From the NCBI RefSeq assembly GCF_963921235.1, contig NC_086109.1, positions 32,118,001 to 32,182,000 on the forward strand: DNA of 64,000 nt, read 5' to 3'. The notes beneath the pieces were generated by a model. It saw only the letters and a program-made list of their open reading frames with translations. It ran no database searches and had not been told where the DNA came from. The position numbers and the translations under genes are program-made. This document shows, piece by piece, positions 35,264-48,793 of this stretch. Within the stretch, counting starts at the first letter, position 1. Each line of letters starts with the position of its first letter. The DNA is from Mobula hypostoma. Taxonomy: Eukaryota.

Positions 35264-35895
35264 AACACACATAAAAGTTGCTGGTGAATGCAGCAGGCCA
35301 GGCAGCATCTATAGGAAGAGGTATAGTCAACATTTCGGGCAGAGACCCTTCATCAGGACTAACAGAAAGAAGAGATAGTCAGGTTGGAGGAACAACACCT
35401 TATATTCTGTCTCACGTTGGAGGAACAACACCTTATATCCCGTCTGGGTAGCCTCCAACCTGATGGCATGAACATTGACTTCTCTAACTTCCATTAATAC
35501 CCCACCCATTATTTATTTATTATATTTTTTTTTCTCTCTCCTTTTTCTCCCTCTGTCCCTCTCACTATACTCCTTGCCCATCCTCTGAGCTTCCCCCTCC
35601 CCCTTTCTTTCTCCCTAGGCCTCCCTCCCATGATCCTCTCATATCCCTTTTGCCAATCAACTTTCCAGCTCTTAGCTCCATCCCTCCCCCTCCTGTCTTC
35701 TCCAATCATTTCGGATCTCCCCCTCCCCCTCCCACTTTCAAATCTCTTACTATCTCTTCTTTCTGACGAAAGGTCTCAGCCCGAAATGTCGAATGTACCT
35801 CTTCCTAGAGATGCTGCCTGGCCTGCTGCGTTCACAAGCAACTTTTATGTGTGTCGCTTGAAATTCCAGCATCTGCAGATTTCCTCATGTTTGCA
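35264..35895 (+). mobile_element. Penelope-like insertion with inverted 5' pLTR copy and two hammerhead motifs
   Basis: Perfect 13-bp TSD TTTCTTTTCAGTT (35251-35263, 35896-35908). Endonuclease C-terminus RLEEQHLI.RLGSLQPDGMNIDFSNF. Hammerhead motifs at 35325-35360 (-) and 35763-35790 (+). Confidence 0.9.
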
Positions 35896-36879
35896 TTTCT
35901 TTTCAGTTGCAGGCTTTGTTTTGGGTTGCATAAAATAATGACATGCCAGGTGCATTTTGCTTATTCAATATTAAACATGTTCAATATTAAGATAGATGCT
36001 TTCACTTCAATTATTAGAATTTCAAAATAAGCAATTTTTCATACTATCAAACAAGAATGTAATTAAGCTTGGAACTAAATATAACCTGTTACTTTAGCCT
36101 CAAGTAAATATTTCACATTAGCCAGAAGGATAAGCACTTCATTATATCAAAATCACGTTTATTATCACTGACATATGTTGGGAAATTTGTCATTTTATGG
36201 CAGTAGTAATTGCTCTAAGTTACAATAAGAAATATGAAAATAAATAAATATATAAATATTTATCAAAATAAAATGTGAGAAATCCATTTAAAATGTCATA
36301 ATTGTGCAGCAGCCTAATTTGTCCTGTTTGTAAAATTTTCTGTAAATGCTCTATTTTTATATATACTAAACTATTAAGGGAAACAAGTTGAGATGAACTG
36401 TTAAAACTTCCATCCAACAAGCCTGTCCAAAATAATTGACATTCATCATATTCTCCAGCTATCAGAGGGCCTGATTTACATCACTTCATTAACAAGGAAA
36501 CCATGCCCTCCTTCAAAAAAGTAATGCTAAAATTGTATGTAGTTTCTACTGGATGATTAGTATTGGTCATCTCTAGTCAAAACCTTTACTGGAGTAGTCA
36601 CATGGATGTTATGATGAATAAAGCAGGTCAGATTCTATCAAAAATTATCTCAATTTATAACTCCCAGAAGTATTTCAACCACCTCCAAGAAGACATACTA
36701 GTGTGATGAAAATCTCCACCTTTGCCTTGATTATTGTAACTGCAACAGTATTAATGTCAGATGATTCTAAATATGAATGTTTTTCTCTTTTGATATGTGC
36801 ACTGTCGGAAAGCTAAAACCCCATTAGAAGTAGTGTGATCTAAGAAATGTCATATCATATAAAGACCTTACCCAACACC

Positions 36880-37175
36880 CATCAGACTCCTCAGCCAGCA
36901 AAGATGACTTCACTCACTACAACTCTGAACTGATTCCATAACCAAAAGACTCACTTTCAAGGATTCAACAACTTATGTTCTCAGTATTTTTGGTTGTATT
37001 TGCACAATTTGTCTTCTTTTGTACATTAGTTGTTTGTCAGTCTCTGTCTATATACAATTTATTAGAAAACTATAGTATGTCTTCATTTTCCTGCAAATGT
37101 CTGTAAGAAATTAAATTCTCAAGATAGAATATGGTAACATATATGAACTTTGATAATAAATTTACTTCCACTTTG
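36880..37175 (+). mobile_element. Rex1/Babar-type 3' UTR fragment
   Basis: ACTCACTTTCAAGGATTCAACAACTTATGTTCTCAGTA...GGTAACATATATGAACTTTGATAATAAATTTACTT matches the tails at 26150 and 48540. Confidence 0.65.
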
Positions 37176-37290
37176 ACCGTAAATATATTGGCTCTTAAAA
37201 GTCAATTAACACAATTAATACTAACAATCACTGCATAAGATTAATAACGTGAAAAAGGAATAGAATTTGTAAATGGAATATCATTCATCT

Positions 37291-37472
37291 CAACACACAT
37301 AAAAGTTGCTAGTGAATGCAGCAGGCCAGGCAGCATCTCTAGGAAGAGGTATAGTCGACGTTTCGAGCGTCGACTATACCTCTTCCTAGAGATGCTGCCT
37401 GGCCTGCTGCATTCACCAGCAACTTTTATGTGTGTTGCTTGAATTTCCAGCATCTGCAGAATTCCTGATGAC
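37291..37472. mobile_element. Penelope-derived near-perfect palindrome insertion
   Basis: 70-bp arms (37291-37360 and 37368-37437, 1 mismatch), a 7-nt loop and an unpaired 3' tail of about 35 nt. 11-bp TSD ATCATTCATCT (37280-37290, 37473-37483). Confidence 0.92.
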
Positions 37473-38159
37473 ATCATTCATCTGAGCCATTTACTCAGAT
37501 ATTTCTTCCGCAGGTGCTGCCTGATCTAAGTATTTCCAACATTTAAATTTTCTTTAATTTCAGCTTTGTAGAATGTGCAGTTATTTTCTGACTACTGACT
37601 GGGTAGAGAACTTGGATGAGTCGGTAATTTTCTTCCAATTTCATGAGTTTTAACTTTTTAGCCAAACAGCTTTCTTGACCGACTTTAGCAATGTACTTTG
37701 GGAGTTAATGTAAATAAAGGCATACCCCCTTACAATACTTGAATTAGGTTCATCTGGAATCATCTGTCTTCTATAAATTTTCCAAAGTATTCAGTTCTAT
37801 CCTTAATTATAAATTCTGGTCTTCTCCAGGCAATAGTTGTCTCACGAACAGGCCTAGTCTTGTATTCTCCTTCCTAGGTGGTTGAGTGACATGTCAATTT
37901 TTAAATTTGAAGGATTGGTTTTGGAATTCTGACTACTTAGTATGGTCTTCTTATATTCTAGTCATGCCATCTGCAGAGTTCGGACGTACTTCCTTTAAAG
38001 TGCTTTATTGGAGCTTGTTAGCTTTTGAAGATTATCACCACTTCTTAATGGCATTATTTTCTTCAGCATTTGGCTTACATTGTCTTTACCTGTTCCAGGA
38101 TCTTTGCACAGTCACATTCTGTAATTGTGACAACTTCATTACTATAGGAGTTCATAATA

Positions 38160-38967
38160 ATAATAATAACAAGGCAAACTACAGAGAAGAAGTCATCACC
38201 CTGAAACAGTGGTGTCAAGAAAACAACCTCTCCCACAATGTCGCAGAAACAAAGGAGCTGGTGGTGGACGACAGGAGGAATGGAGACAGGCTAACCCCTA
38301 TTGATATCAATGGATCTGGGGTTGAGAAGATGAACAGCTTTAAGTTCCTCAGCATACACCTCACCGAGGATGTCATGTGGTCTGTACGTACCGGCTATGT
38401 GGTGAAAAATGCACAACAGCGCCTCTTTCACCTCAGACAGTTGAAAAAGTTTGGTATGTGCCCCAAAATCCTAAGAACTTTCTACAGGAGCACAACTGAG
38501 AGCATCCTGACTCGCTGCATCATTGCCTGGTATGGGAACTGTACTTCCCTCAATCACAGGACTCTGCGGAGAATGGTGAGGACAGCCCAGCACATCTGTA
38601 GATGTGAACTTCACACTGTTCAGGACATTTACAAAGACAGGTGTGAAAAAGAGCCCAAAGGATCATTGAGGACCTGAGTCACCCCAAACACAAACTGTTC
38701 CAGCTGCTACCATCTGGGAAACAGTACCACAGCATAAAGGCCAGGACCTACAGGCTCCAGGACAGATTCTTCCACCAGGCCATCAGACTGATTATTTCAT
38801 GCCGATACAATTGTATTTCTATGTTATATTGACTGTCCTGTTGTGCATATTATTTATTATAAATTACTATAAATTGCACATTGCAAATTTAGATGGAGGC
38901 ATAGCATAAAGCTTTTTACTCCCCATGTCTATGAAGGATGTAAGAAATAAAGTCAATTCAATTCAAT
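38160..38967 (+). mobile_element. Rex1/Babar LINE 3' part
   Basis: WCQENNLSHNVAETKELVVD...SFKFLSIHLTED...QRLFHLRQLKKF; (CAATT)n tail. Confidence 0.9.
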
Positions 38968-40414
38968 CCCAATTTACAATATCTTAGCCTAATTTACTTT
39001 TATGGGGATTTTGTCTTTTCTTTTCCCCTTACACTAAATTCTAGAGGTTTTGTTTTGGAAAGTACAGCTCTTTCCCTGAGGAATATCTGTCTCTCATATC
39101 CACCAGCTCCATCCCTGACATTTCACAAATATTATAGAGGGTAGTATAGAAGCAAATGCTGCATGTGTTATATCACCAGGTTTGTGGATTTCAGCCAAGC
39201 TGGAGGTGCAAGGTGGCTTATTGACGAAGTTCCCAACAACCTACTGTAAATTGCACACTAGTTCTAGAGCAGAAGATGAAGCCTAAGGACATCTAAAAGA
39301 AAATCATAGGCAAAAGATGATTGGAATGTACATGGAGATACTTTTAGCATTATCTGGCTGAGCATTATGCCAGAACGTGTAAGATGCCAAATACCATTTC
39401 TCTAACTCCAACCTTGCATGAAACTCCAAAAGCAGAAGAGGTGGCTGGCTACCTATAAAATTTCAATGCATCCAACCATAGTGATTCATACTAGAAACAG
39501 GACCATTTCTAAAATATCAGTTTGATGCGGAGACAAGAGGTAAATATTATCTCAATAATCTTACTGTGGCAAAGTTTCTTTCTACATGTATTTTTCTTCA
39601 CCATATGATGACAACCAGGTTCCCAACAAAACGCGAAAATAAGGTTAAAGCCTTTAGATTTGTGAGCTGACCATAAGTGTGTATTAAATATTCATGGTTC
39701 ATTTTCACAAAGGGTCTCCATTTGTATGTTGCCTTGGGATTGGCATCAGGCAGGTGAACTCTACATACTTCATGTACAGATAAACTTGCTAGAAGTTCAT
39801 TTGCATATGGACTTTGAATTGTATACCTTTGGCTATCAAATTCGATTCAGAGCAAAACTGTGCAGTGTTTAAAATATCGCACATCTTCCACAATGATCCT
39901 AGTTAATGGAGTGAGCCGAATTAAAGTCACAAGGAAATCCCATTGTTGTTCTCAACACTGGACTTACTGGGTAATGAAACTACCTACTGTACAAACAAAT
40001 AATCACCTGTCAATGATAGGATTGAGGACAAGATCCAATGCATTGATACCTCCGCTAAGAATCTGTTTTTAGCATTTCTTCACTATAGAATGGCACCAAA
40101 ACCCAGGTACATGGTTAGGCCCTTGTCTCTATTCTTTTAGGGAGTAAAACTTGTATGTCTCACTGAAATCATCTTAAGAGCCTGGAGAGGTTGAACCAAA
40201 GTGTTCTCATCTCAGAGGGAAGACCTTTGCTCCAACACCTCTGACCTTGCCAAATCCAACACTGAGGTAATTACCCTCAAGTATTGACTGCAATGGAGTT
40301 AACACTCTACAGTTAGTCAATGCCTGACTCAAATTGTATACCCCAAGCTTGTTCAACAACTATATTGTAGATTCCACAGCAAACAATTAAACTCTACAAG
40401 GACATACAAAAGAC

Positions 40415-41799
40415 AGGACACAGTAGTAACTGCAACCTCATGGCTTAATCACTCTAGTTTAATCCTGAACTCCAGTACTACCTGTGTAGAGTTTGCACTC
40501 TCTTCCGTTGAATATATAGACTTCATGGAGTCAAGAGACATACAGAAGTACAGCACAGAAACATGCCCTTCAGTCCATCTATTCAATGCAAAAACCATTT
40601 AAACTGTCTACTCCAATTGACTTGCTCTGGGACCAGAGCCCTCCATATCCCTACTATTCCTGCACGTATCCAAACTTTTCTTAAACATTGAAATCAAGCT
40701 CACCTGGACCACTTGTGTTGACAGCTCATTCCACACTCTCATAGCCCTCTGAGTGAAGAAGTTTCCCTTCTTGATTCCCTTAAACATTTCACTTTTCACC
40801 CTTAAGCCATGATCTCTGGTTGTAGTCCCAGCTCTGTGGAAAACAACTGTTTGCATTTACACTATCTATACCCTCATAATATTATATACCCCTATCAAAT
40901 TTCCTCTCAATAATCTATGTTCTAAAGAGTACAGTCCTAACTTATTCAATCTTCCCTTATAACTAAAGTCCTCCAGACCTGGCAAAATCCTTATAAGTTT
41001 TCTCTGCACTCTTTCAAACTTATTTACACCTTTCCTGTAGGTAGGTGACCAAAACTGCACACAATGCTCCAAATTAGGCCTCACCATTGTTTTATACAAC
41101 TTCAACATAACATCCCATCTTCTGTACTCAATATATTGGTTTACGAAGACCAGTGCGCCAAAAGTTTTCTTTATGACCCTATCTACCTGTGACGCCACAT
41201 TCAATGAATTATGTACCTGTATTCCCAGATCCCTTTGTTTTACCACACTCCTCAATGCCCTGTGGTTCACTGTGTAAGACCTATCCTGGTCCAACCAAAG
41301 TGCAACTGCATTAAATTACATCTGCCACTTCTCAGCCTATTTTTCCAGCTGCTGTAGATCACTCTGCAAGCCATGATAGCTTTCCTCACAGTCCCCTACG
41401 CCCCAAATCTTGTTGGTCCAGTTAACCACATTATCATCCAGATCATTGATATAGATGACAAGCACCAAAGGACCCAGCATTGATTCCTATCACACACCAC
41501 AAGTCACAGACCTCCAGTCAGAGAGGCAACTATCTACAACAACTCTCTGGTATTCCACAAAGCCAAAGACTAATCTAATTTACTATCTCACCCTGAATGA
41601 CTGACTGAACCTACTTGACCAACCTTGCATGTGGGTCCTTGTCAAATACCTAATGTCAAATGTCCGTGTAGACAACATCTACTGCCTTGCCTTCATCCAC
41701 TTTACTATTAGCTTTGCCAAAAAACTCTAAAAAATTGATTAGACATGACCTACCACACACAAAACCATGCTGACTATCCTTAATCAGTCCATGTCTATC

Positions 41800-41833
<34 letters not shown>

Positions 41834-43050
41834 GTCCTTTAGAATACCTTCCAATAACTTTCCCACAACTGATGTCAGTCTCACTGTCCTATAATTTCCT
41901 GATTTTTGTTTAGCACCTTTTTCAAACAGTGGAACAACATTGGCTATTCTCCAGTCCTCTGATATCTCTCTTGTCTCTAAGTATATTTTAAATGTCTCTG
42001 TTAGAGCTCCAGCAATTTCTGCACTTGCCTCCCGTAGGGTCCGAGGGAATATCTTGTCAGGTCCTGGGGATTTCTCCACCCTGATTAGCCTCAGGGTAGC
42101 AAGCACCTCCTGCTCCTCTGTAATCTATACAGGTCTATGAAGTTGATGCTGTTTTGTCTCACTCCTATAGACTCTGTATCTGCCTCCCATGTAAATACGG
42201 ATGTAAAGAATGCATTTAAGATCTCCCCCATAAGTTTTGGCTCCACACATAGATTAACTTTCCGGTCCTCTAGTGGACCAATTTGTCCCTAACAATCATT
42301 TAACATACTGTACCTGTAGAATCCCTAAGGATTCTTCTTTACCTTGTCTACTAGAGCAACTTCGTACTTCCTTTTAGCCTTCCTGATTTCATTCTTGTGT
42401 TCCCTTGCATTTCATGTACTCCGTAAGCACCTTGTTTGTTCTTACTTGCCTATACCTGTTATGCATCTCTCTTTTTCTATTAACTAGAGCCTAAACATCT
42501 CTTAAAGACCAAAGTTTCCTACACTTGTTATCTTTACCTTTTATTCTGACAGGCACGTACAAGCTTTCTACTCTCAAGGTTCTATTTCTGAAGGCCTCCC
42601 ATTTTTCAAATACATCTTTGCCAGAAAACAACCTGTCCCAATCCACACTTGCCAGATCATTTCTGATACCATCAAAATCGGCCTTTCTCCAATTTAGAAT
42701 CTCAACCCTTGGACCAAACCTATCTCTTTGCATAGTTACTTTCAAATTAATGGCATTGTGTTCACTAGATGTAAAGTGTTGCCCTATACAAACTTCTGTC
42801 ACCTACCCTGTCTCATCCTCCTACATCTCAAGGACATGCAATTTGATACATCAATTGACCACTTTAAATTGCTCCTTAGTGTACAGATAAGATGTAGAAT
42901 CTGGGGGCTGTTGATGAGAAAGTGCAGATGATAGAATGTGCTCAGTGTAGGATTAGTGTAATTGTGTAATAATAATTAGTGTAAATAGGACCTTGATAGT
43001 TAGTGAAGGCTCAGTAGACCAAAGAACCTATTTCTGTACTGCATGACATG
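40415..43050 (+). mobile_element. HE1/V-SINE-like element split by a CR1 insertion (SINE halves at about 40415-40525 and 42810-43050)
   Basis: The 5' half ends TGTGTAGAGTTTGCACTCTCTTCCG. The 3' half resumes CCTCCTACATCTCAAGGACATGC...TAAATTGCTCCTTAGTGTA and ends in a CR1-like tail. Confidence 0.55.
40528..42810 (-). mobile_element. CR1 LINE, 2.3-kb decayed ORF2 fragment
   Basis: ORF pieces LNWRKADFDGIR, KSPGPDKIFPRTLRE...WRIANVVPLFEKG...GNYR.V.LTSVVGK, VRPNLEHCVQFWSP and FFTQRAMRVWNEL. Confidence 0.93.
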
Positions 43051-45279
43051 ATCTAGACATCAAGAGCTGGAAATCACTCGCCATCAATCAATCTTAATGA
43101 ATGCACAGTATCCATTAGGCAGGAGCTTCAAAGGAAAATGCCCCATCCTCATTGAAAAGAAAACAAACACAAAGCTCTAGCAAGTGAATGCTCCCACAAA
43201 AATACAACTACAATTCTACATCTGGGATAGACTACAGAGTTCCCTCAGGATCAATCCATGAATCATACTTAAATGAAGGAATCATTATTGATTGTATTAT
43301 TGGCCTCTCAGCTGCAGCACAAAACATTGTGCATTTGGAGGTAATCACCTTTTTGTGTAAATTATCAAAGTTCCTTCTATTCCATCGTAATCAGCTCATT
43401 TTTTTCTTTTAACCTTTCTTCTCCGACAGCCCATCACAAATTACCCGTTATAATATTCCTCTAATGTCTTACTTTGGCTTTGTTTTTCATCATTTATGAA
43501 TCATTGAAGCATTATTTTGACAAAGCTATTAATATCCTTGTTGCTGTCTAATGTACCAAGCATAAGCTACCTGGCCACAAAATACAACTTGCAACAAATT
43601 TAAAATCTATGTTTTTGCTTTTATGCTGCACTGAATGTATTATAGATATGGTAATTAACAAATGTCAAGTAACTTATTTCCAATCATTAAAGTGCTATTG
43701 TTTCATTGGCCTAATTATTGTTTGGCTTTAGCCTTTCACAAGTCACCAAGCAGAATTTTAGTAAGTGTTGCTCGACTGATTCAAATGAAAACATTGGTGT
43801 GTCAAAACCATTTTGAAAGATATACACAGGCTGAGCTCATATGCATTATTAGAGCACACATTCTAAATATGCTTAAGATTCTAACCTACTCACTCTAATG
43901 GCAAAATAACAAATGTTATTAATGCTCTTAAGTGTTTAAAGAAAAAATATGTTCCTCTCCTTTGAGGATACATTGCATTCTAACTAAGTTGTGACATTTT
44001 ATGCACTGCATCTTTACATGAATTCAGTGTTAATTAAATTTATAATGTAGCGCTGCCATGCCAATTTCTCAAAAAGACCATGCACTTCAAGGCAGACCTT
44101 TACCAGACTGGATTCTCTAAAGAGGGAATTAAATGGGCAGCCAGCCAACACATCTTAACATCAAGGCTTCACTCCTAAGCCCCAACTCCCAAGTCCTCTA
44201 CAAATTAATCCTTTCTGCCATTAATTTTTGCTGGTGGCCTGTTGTTAAAATAGCATGCTTACTTCAGTAACATCAATAATTCCAGAAGGAGCTGAGATTG
44301 CCTCTAAGGAAGTGAGATTGCCAAAGATAAAAGAAATGCTTATCTTCTAAACAATCATTACTTTCTTAACCTCCGGAAGTATAGCAATAAACTGCAATGG
44401 CTAGTTAGCAAAGATATGGTAGATTGAACCAAAAGTTCTAGCTCTTTAATACACTGCAACCTGGTTCACAAACCTAATAACCTTTTTATAGCTTAATGTT
44501 TATGAATCAAAACATCAATGTAAGAATGCATTTTGAGATTGGTTTTAATAATCAGAAAAACTGTGAAAATTCATTTTCATTGATAGAATTCAAGATAGAA
44601 TTGGTGCAGCACAGGAAAAGGCATATTCAGCCCATCAGGCTTGTGTTGGCTCAAGTACATTAATCTTATTCCCTGCCTTTTCCACCTGGCCTTGAATATA
44701 ATTCTCTCTCAAGTGTGTATCTAATTTCATTTCAAACAAAATCACTGCTAGGTTCTGTTTCTATCAATTGTACAAGGAAACAACTCCAGATCATAACTAT
44801 CCTCTTGGTTAAAAAAAAACATTTATTCTCACCTGTCCCCAGTCTCCTTTGCTCAAAAAAATTAAATCAGTGCGCTCTGGACATTGAAAAGCTTCCCTTT
44901 ATATTTGTAATGTAAACCCAGTTAGGGTTTTCCCAGGTCTCCTCACAACATTCTTTCATCAAGGAGATCAAACCAAGCCTCTGCATTCTAATATCACAGC
45001 TGACGTTAGTGAACAGCACTGCACAGAAGGTAGCCATTCAAACTGTTGAGTCTATGCTAGCTCTTTTACAAAGCACTCTTGTTGCTGCCAATACACAAAA
45101 AATTCATTCACATATTTATTCCTCTGGAATGACCCAGTGGAACAATTTTCACCATCCTGTTAGCATGGCACAATCTAAATGTCTACCACTTGTTATATTA
45201 AAATGTTGTTCAGCATGTGGTCTGTGGTTCTTTTACCAATTATCTAAATTGATTTATTCTTGTTCTCACCCTTTCAACG

Positions 45280-45750
45280 AGAGTGAGGAAAAGATTTACC
45301 AGAATGTGGCCTGGTCTTGTGAGCCTGAGTTACAAGGGGACTAGGACTTTACCCTGGAATGTAGGAGATGGAGGGGTGACCTGAAAGAGGTATATAAGAT
45401 CAGGAGGGGCATAGACAGGATGAAAACACATAGTTGTGTTTCCCAGGAAGGCCATAGTAAAGGCAAGAAGGCATAGGCTAAAATCAGAGACAAGAGATTT
45501 ACTAAGGACACCAAGGGCAGTTTCTTCATGCAAAGGGTTGTGCATAGTTGGAATGAGCTGCCAAAAATAGTTTTGGGTGGGATTGGCACATTAGCAACAT
45601 CTAAAAGTCACCTAGATAAGTACATGGATAGGAAAGGTTTGGGGGGCTATGGGCAAAATGCTGGTAGATGAGACTAGCCCACTGAGCAACACAGTCGCAT
45701 TGACAAGCTGGGCCAAATGGTGGTCTCCATGTTGCTTGATTCGATGACTG
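45280..45750 (+). mobile_element. CR1 3' fragment
   Basis: CTAGGACTTTACCCTGGAATGTAGGAGATGGAGGGGTGACCTGA...TGGAATGAGCTGCC followed by the 3' UTR. Confidence 0.75.
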
Positions 45751-46812
45751 AAAGAGAAATTATTTTATTTGCTATTTCCACTATCTGAACTTTTTATAAC
45801 ATTACAAGGAGGTACGTTACATAGTCTTCACTGCTGTCAGGAAATATTTGAGAATATCCAGACTATTTATATACCTTTAATTCCTCATTCTGGGAGCCAT
45901 GCCAGTAAATTTATTCTGTATCCCTTCCAAAAACATACACATCCTTCATAATACTTTCTAGAAGGAGCATTTGCATCTGAATCTATTTTAGTTCGATCTG
46001 AGGTATTCACACACATTCATTAAGAAGAAATGAAGTCCAAATTTAGCAATTGCTAAAAGCAGTAAGGAATTGATTGCTATAATAATTACACATTCATATT
46101 TCCTTTTTTGATGCCTCCAAAAGGTGAATTTCACTAAAGTTTTGACATATACAAGAAGAGTGAATGTAATAAGTGCTAAAATCAAGAGGTTAAGGAAATT
46201 ATCAAATGCCTTACTCACTTACCCATCTGAACTGAAGGCTTTAAATCACAGGGAGGAGATTATGGCCAGCATTATCCAATTAACATAAAACTACAACAAA
46301 CGTTAAATATGAGTTTTCCTCAGCAGGCACATAACACAGTGGAGACTGGGCATCAGTGATTTTTAATCCAGAAATTGATTTGTTGTTCACCGGAGTTCAG
46401 TATGTAAACAGAGGAAAGATTCACCTTGCAAGTGTGATAATATGATAAAGAACTAGCAACTTTTGAAATGAGTCTGTAACAATCGCTTAGCTACAACTTT
46501 GATGGTTGATCCAAGAAATGATAAGCAGCCATTACAGGTCAAAATAAACGGATTTGAGCAGAGAGAATTTTGAGGCAATTTGTCAAGAAATTTGCCAGAG
46601 CTTTAAATATTAACACCTAATTTTAATAAAAATCACCATAATTAAATGTTTATTAGATAAGGCTTTACCGTCCAACACCCACTCCTGTACTACTAATGTG
46701 GAGATGGATAGAGAGGAGGTTGAAGGTGATGAGGTTTTGTTTGCAAATCTCAAAGAACCACATTCCTTCATCAGTGTCTGTACTTCAAACGGCATCTATC
46801 AGCTCTGCTTTA

Positions 46813-47262
46813 CACTCAGTCACCACTTTATTCGGTACCTCCTGTAACTAATAAATTGGCCATGGAGTGTATGTTTGTGGTCCTCTGCTATAGCCCATCC
46901 ATTTCAAGTTTCGACATATTGTGTGCTCCGAGATACTCTTCTGCACACCACTGTTGTAACGCATGATTATTTGTGTTATTGTCAGCCGAACCAGTCTGGC
47001 CATTCTACTCTGACCTCTCTCATTAACATGGCATTTTTGCTCACAGATCTGCTGCTCACTGGATGTGTTTTTTTTGTTTTTCACACCATTCTCTGTAAAC
47101 ATTAGAGACTGTTGTATCTGAAAATCCCAGGAGATCAGCAGTTTCTGAGATACTCAAACCACCCCATTTGGCACCAACAATCATTCCACGGTCAAAGTCA
47201 CTTTGATAATATTTCTTACCCATTCTGATGTTAGGTCTGAACAACAACTGAACCTATTGATC
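46813..47262 (-). mobile_element. Tc1-like non-autonomous DNA transposon fragment
   Basis: Minus-strand MGKK...SDFDRGMIVGA...SISETADLLGFS (Tc1 N-terminal HTH). TIR CACTCAGTCACCACTTTATT follows a TA. Confidence 0.85.
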
Positions 47263-47679
47263 ACATTTAATTCCTCTGTTTAAAGATATGAAATAATCTT
47301 ACAGATTTTTAAATACTATTTTTTTCAAGTAAGACAAGTGTATGAAGGTATAATCCGAGTCTGTAAAAGTGCCAAATGATTCATGCTTGTCCTTGAACAT
47401 TTTCCAGGGTTCCTTACAACCCACTTTTGAATGTAAATGAAACGAATTTATTAAGGCTTAACACACATTCAATAGACAGCTTCTTCCTGAAGAAATCTGC
47501 TGTGAACGGATGCTTAATAAACATGTCTTTAGTTGCAGAACAGTCAGCACTAAGAACGGGCCAAAATTTCCAAAATCAAACTAAAATATAACATTACTCC
47601 ATCAGAGTTTTCAATTAAAGTACACCTTTATTGACTAGAACAAAACCTAGAACTGAAAAAGGTGCTTAAGGATTTGATT

Positions 47680-48620
47680 CTTCACTCAGTGTCATTCAGA
47701 CCAAGGAGATGATTATTGACTTCAGGATGAGGAAACCAGAGGTCCATAAACATGTCCTCCTGAGGGGATCAGAGTTGGAGAGGATCATCAACCTTAATTT
47801 CCTCCGTGTTTTCATTTCAGAGGATCTGTTCTGGGCCCAGCGTGTAACTGCCATTATGAAGAAAGCAGAGCAGTGCCTTTGCTTTTATTAGAAGTTTGTG
47901 AAGATTCAGTATGTTATCTAAAACACTGACAAACATCTACAGATGTGTGGAGGGGAGTATATTGACTGGTTGCAACATGGCCTGGCATGAAAACACCAAT
48001 GCCCTTTTGTTGGAAAGCCTACAAAAAGTAGTGGATTCGGCCTATCTATCATAGGTAAAGCCCTCCCCACCATTCAGCATATCTATACAGAGCGTTGTCA
48101 CAGGAAAACAGCGTCCATCATCAAGGACTCCCAACATCTGGGCCATGCTCTCTTCTCACTGCTGCCATCACAGAGAAGGCACAGGATCCCTAGGACCCGC
48201 ACCAATGCGTTCTGAAATAACTATCACCCCTCAACCATCAGGCTCTTGAATCAAAGGGGATAATGTCACTCAACATCTCTTGTCCAATCACTGAATTATT
48301 CCCACAACCTATGGAATTGCCTTACAGGACTCTTCAACTCAAATACTGAATATTTATTACTTATTTATTATTACTATTAATGTTATTATTATTATAATTT
48401 CTATTTTTTATTCCTCTCTTTCTTTTTGAATTTGTAGAGTTTGTTGGGTTTGTTTTAATTGGTTGTTATCTTCCCTGTTGGATATGGTCTTTCATTGATT
48501 CTATTGTGTTTCTTGTATTTACTATGATTACCCTCATGAAAATGAATCACAGGATAGTATATGGTGACATTTATATGTACTCTGATAATACATTTAATTT
48601 GAACTTGATCTTTGAACTAT
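47680..48620 (+). mobile_element. Rex1/Babar 3' part
   Basis: KEMIIDFRMRKPEV...EDLFWAQ; GHALFSLLPS; TTTGAAC-type tail. Confidence 0.85.
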
Positions 48621-48793
48621 AATTGGAAATGTTAAAACTAAGGCAACTGAAGTAAAGCATCATAGGATATAGTGATAAAGTTAGTAAATGTTGACACCTA
48701 TCAATCATGATCTAACTGTAGAACCTCATCTAGTGGGAGCACCTAATCTAGTTCCTATGTACCTGTGTCAACAATTGTGTTTGGGGGAGGAGG

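Noticed and set aside
37886..38677. 263-aa ORF as a membrane protein-RT fusion
   Set aside because: The N-terminal half is T-rich flanking DNA that happens to be in frame with a truncated Rex1 ORF. It has a GTG start and no other support.
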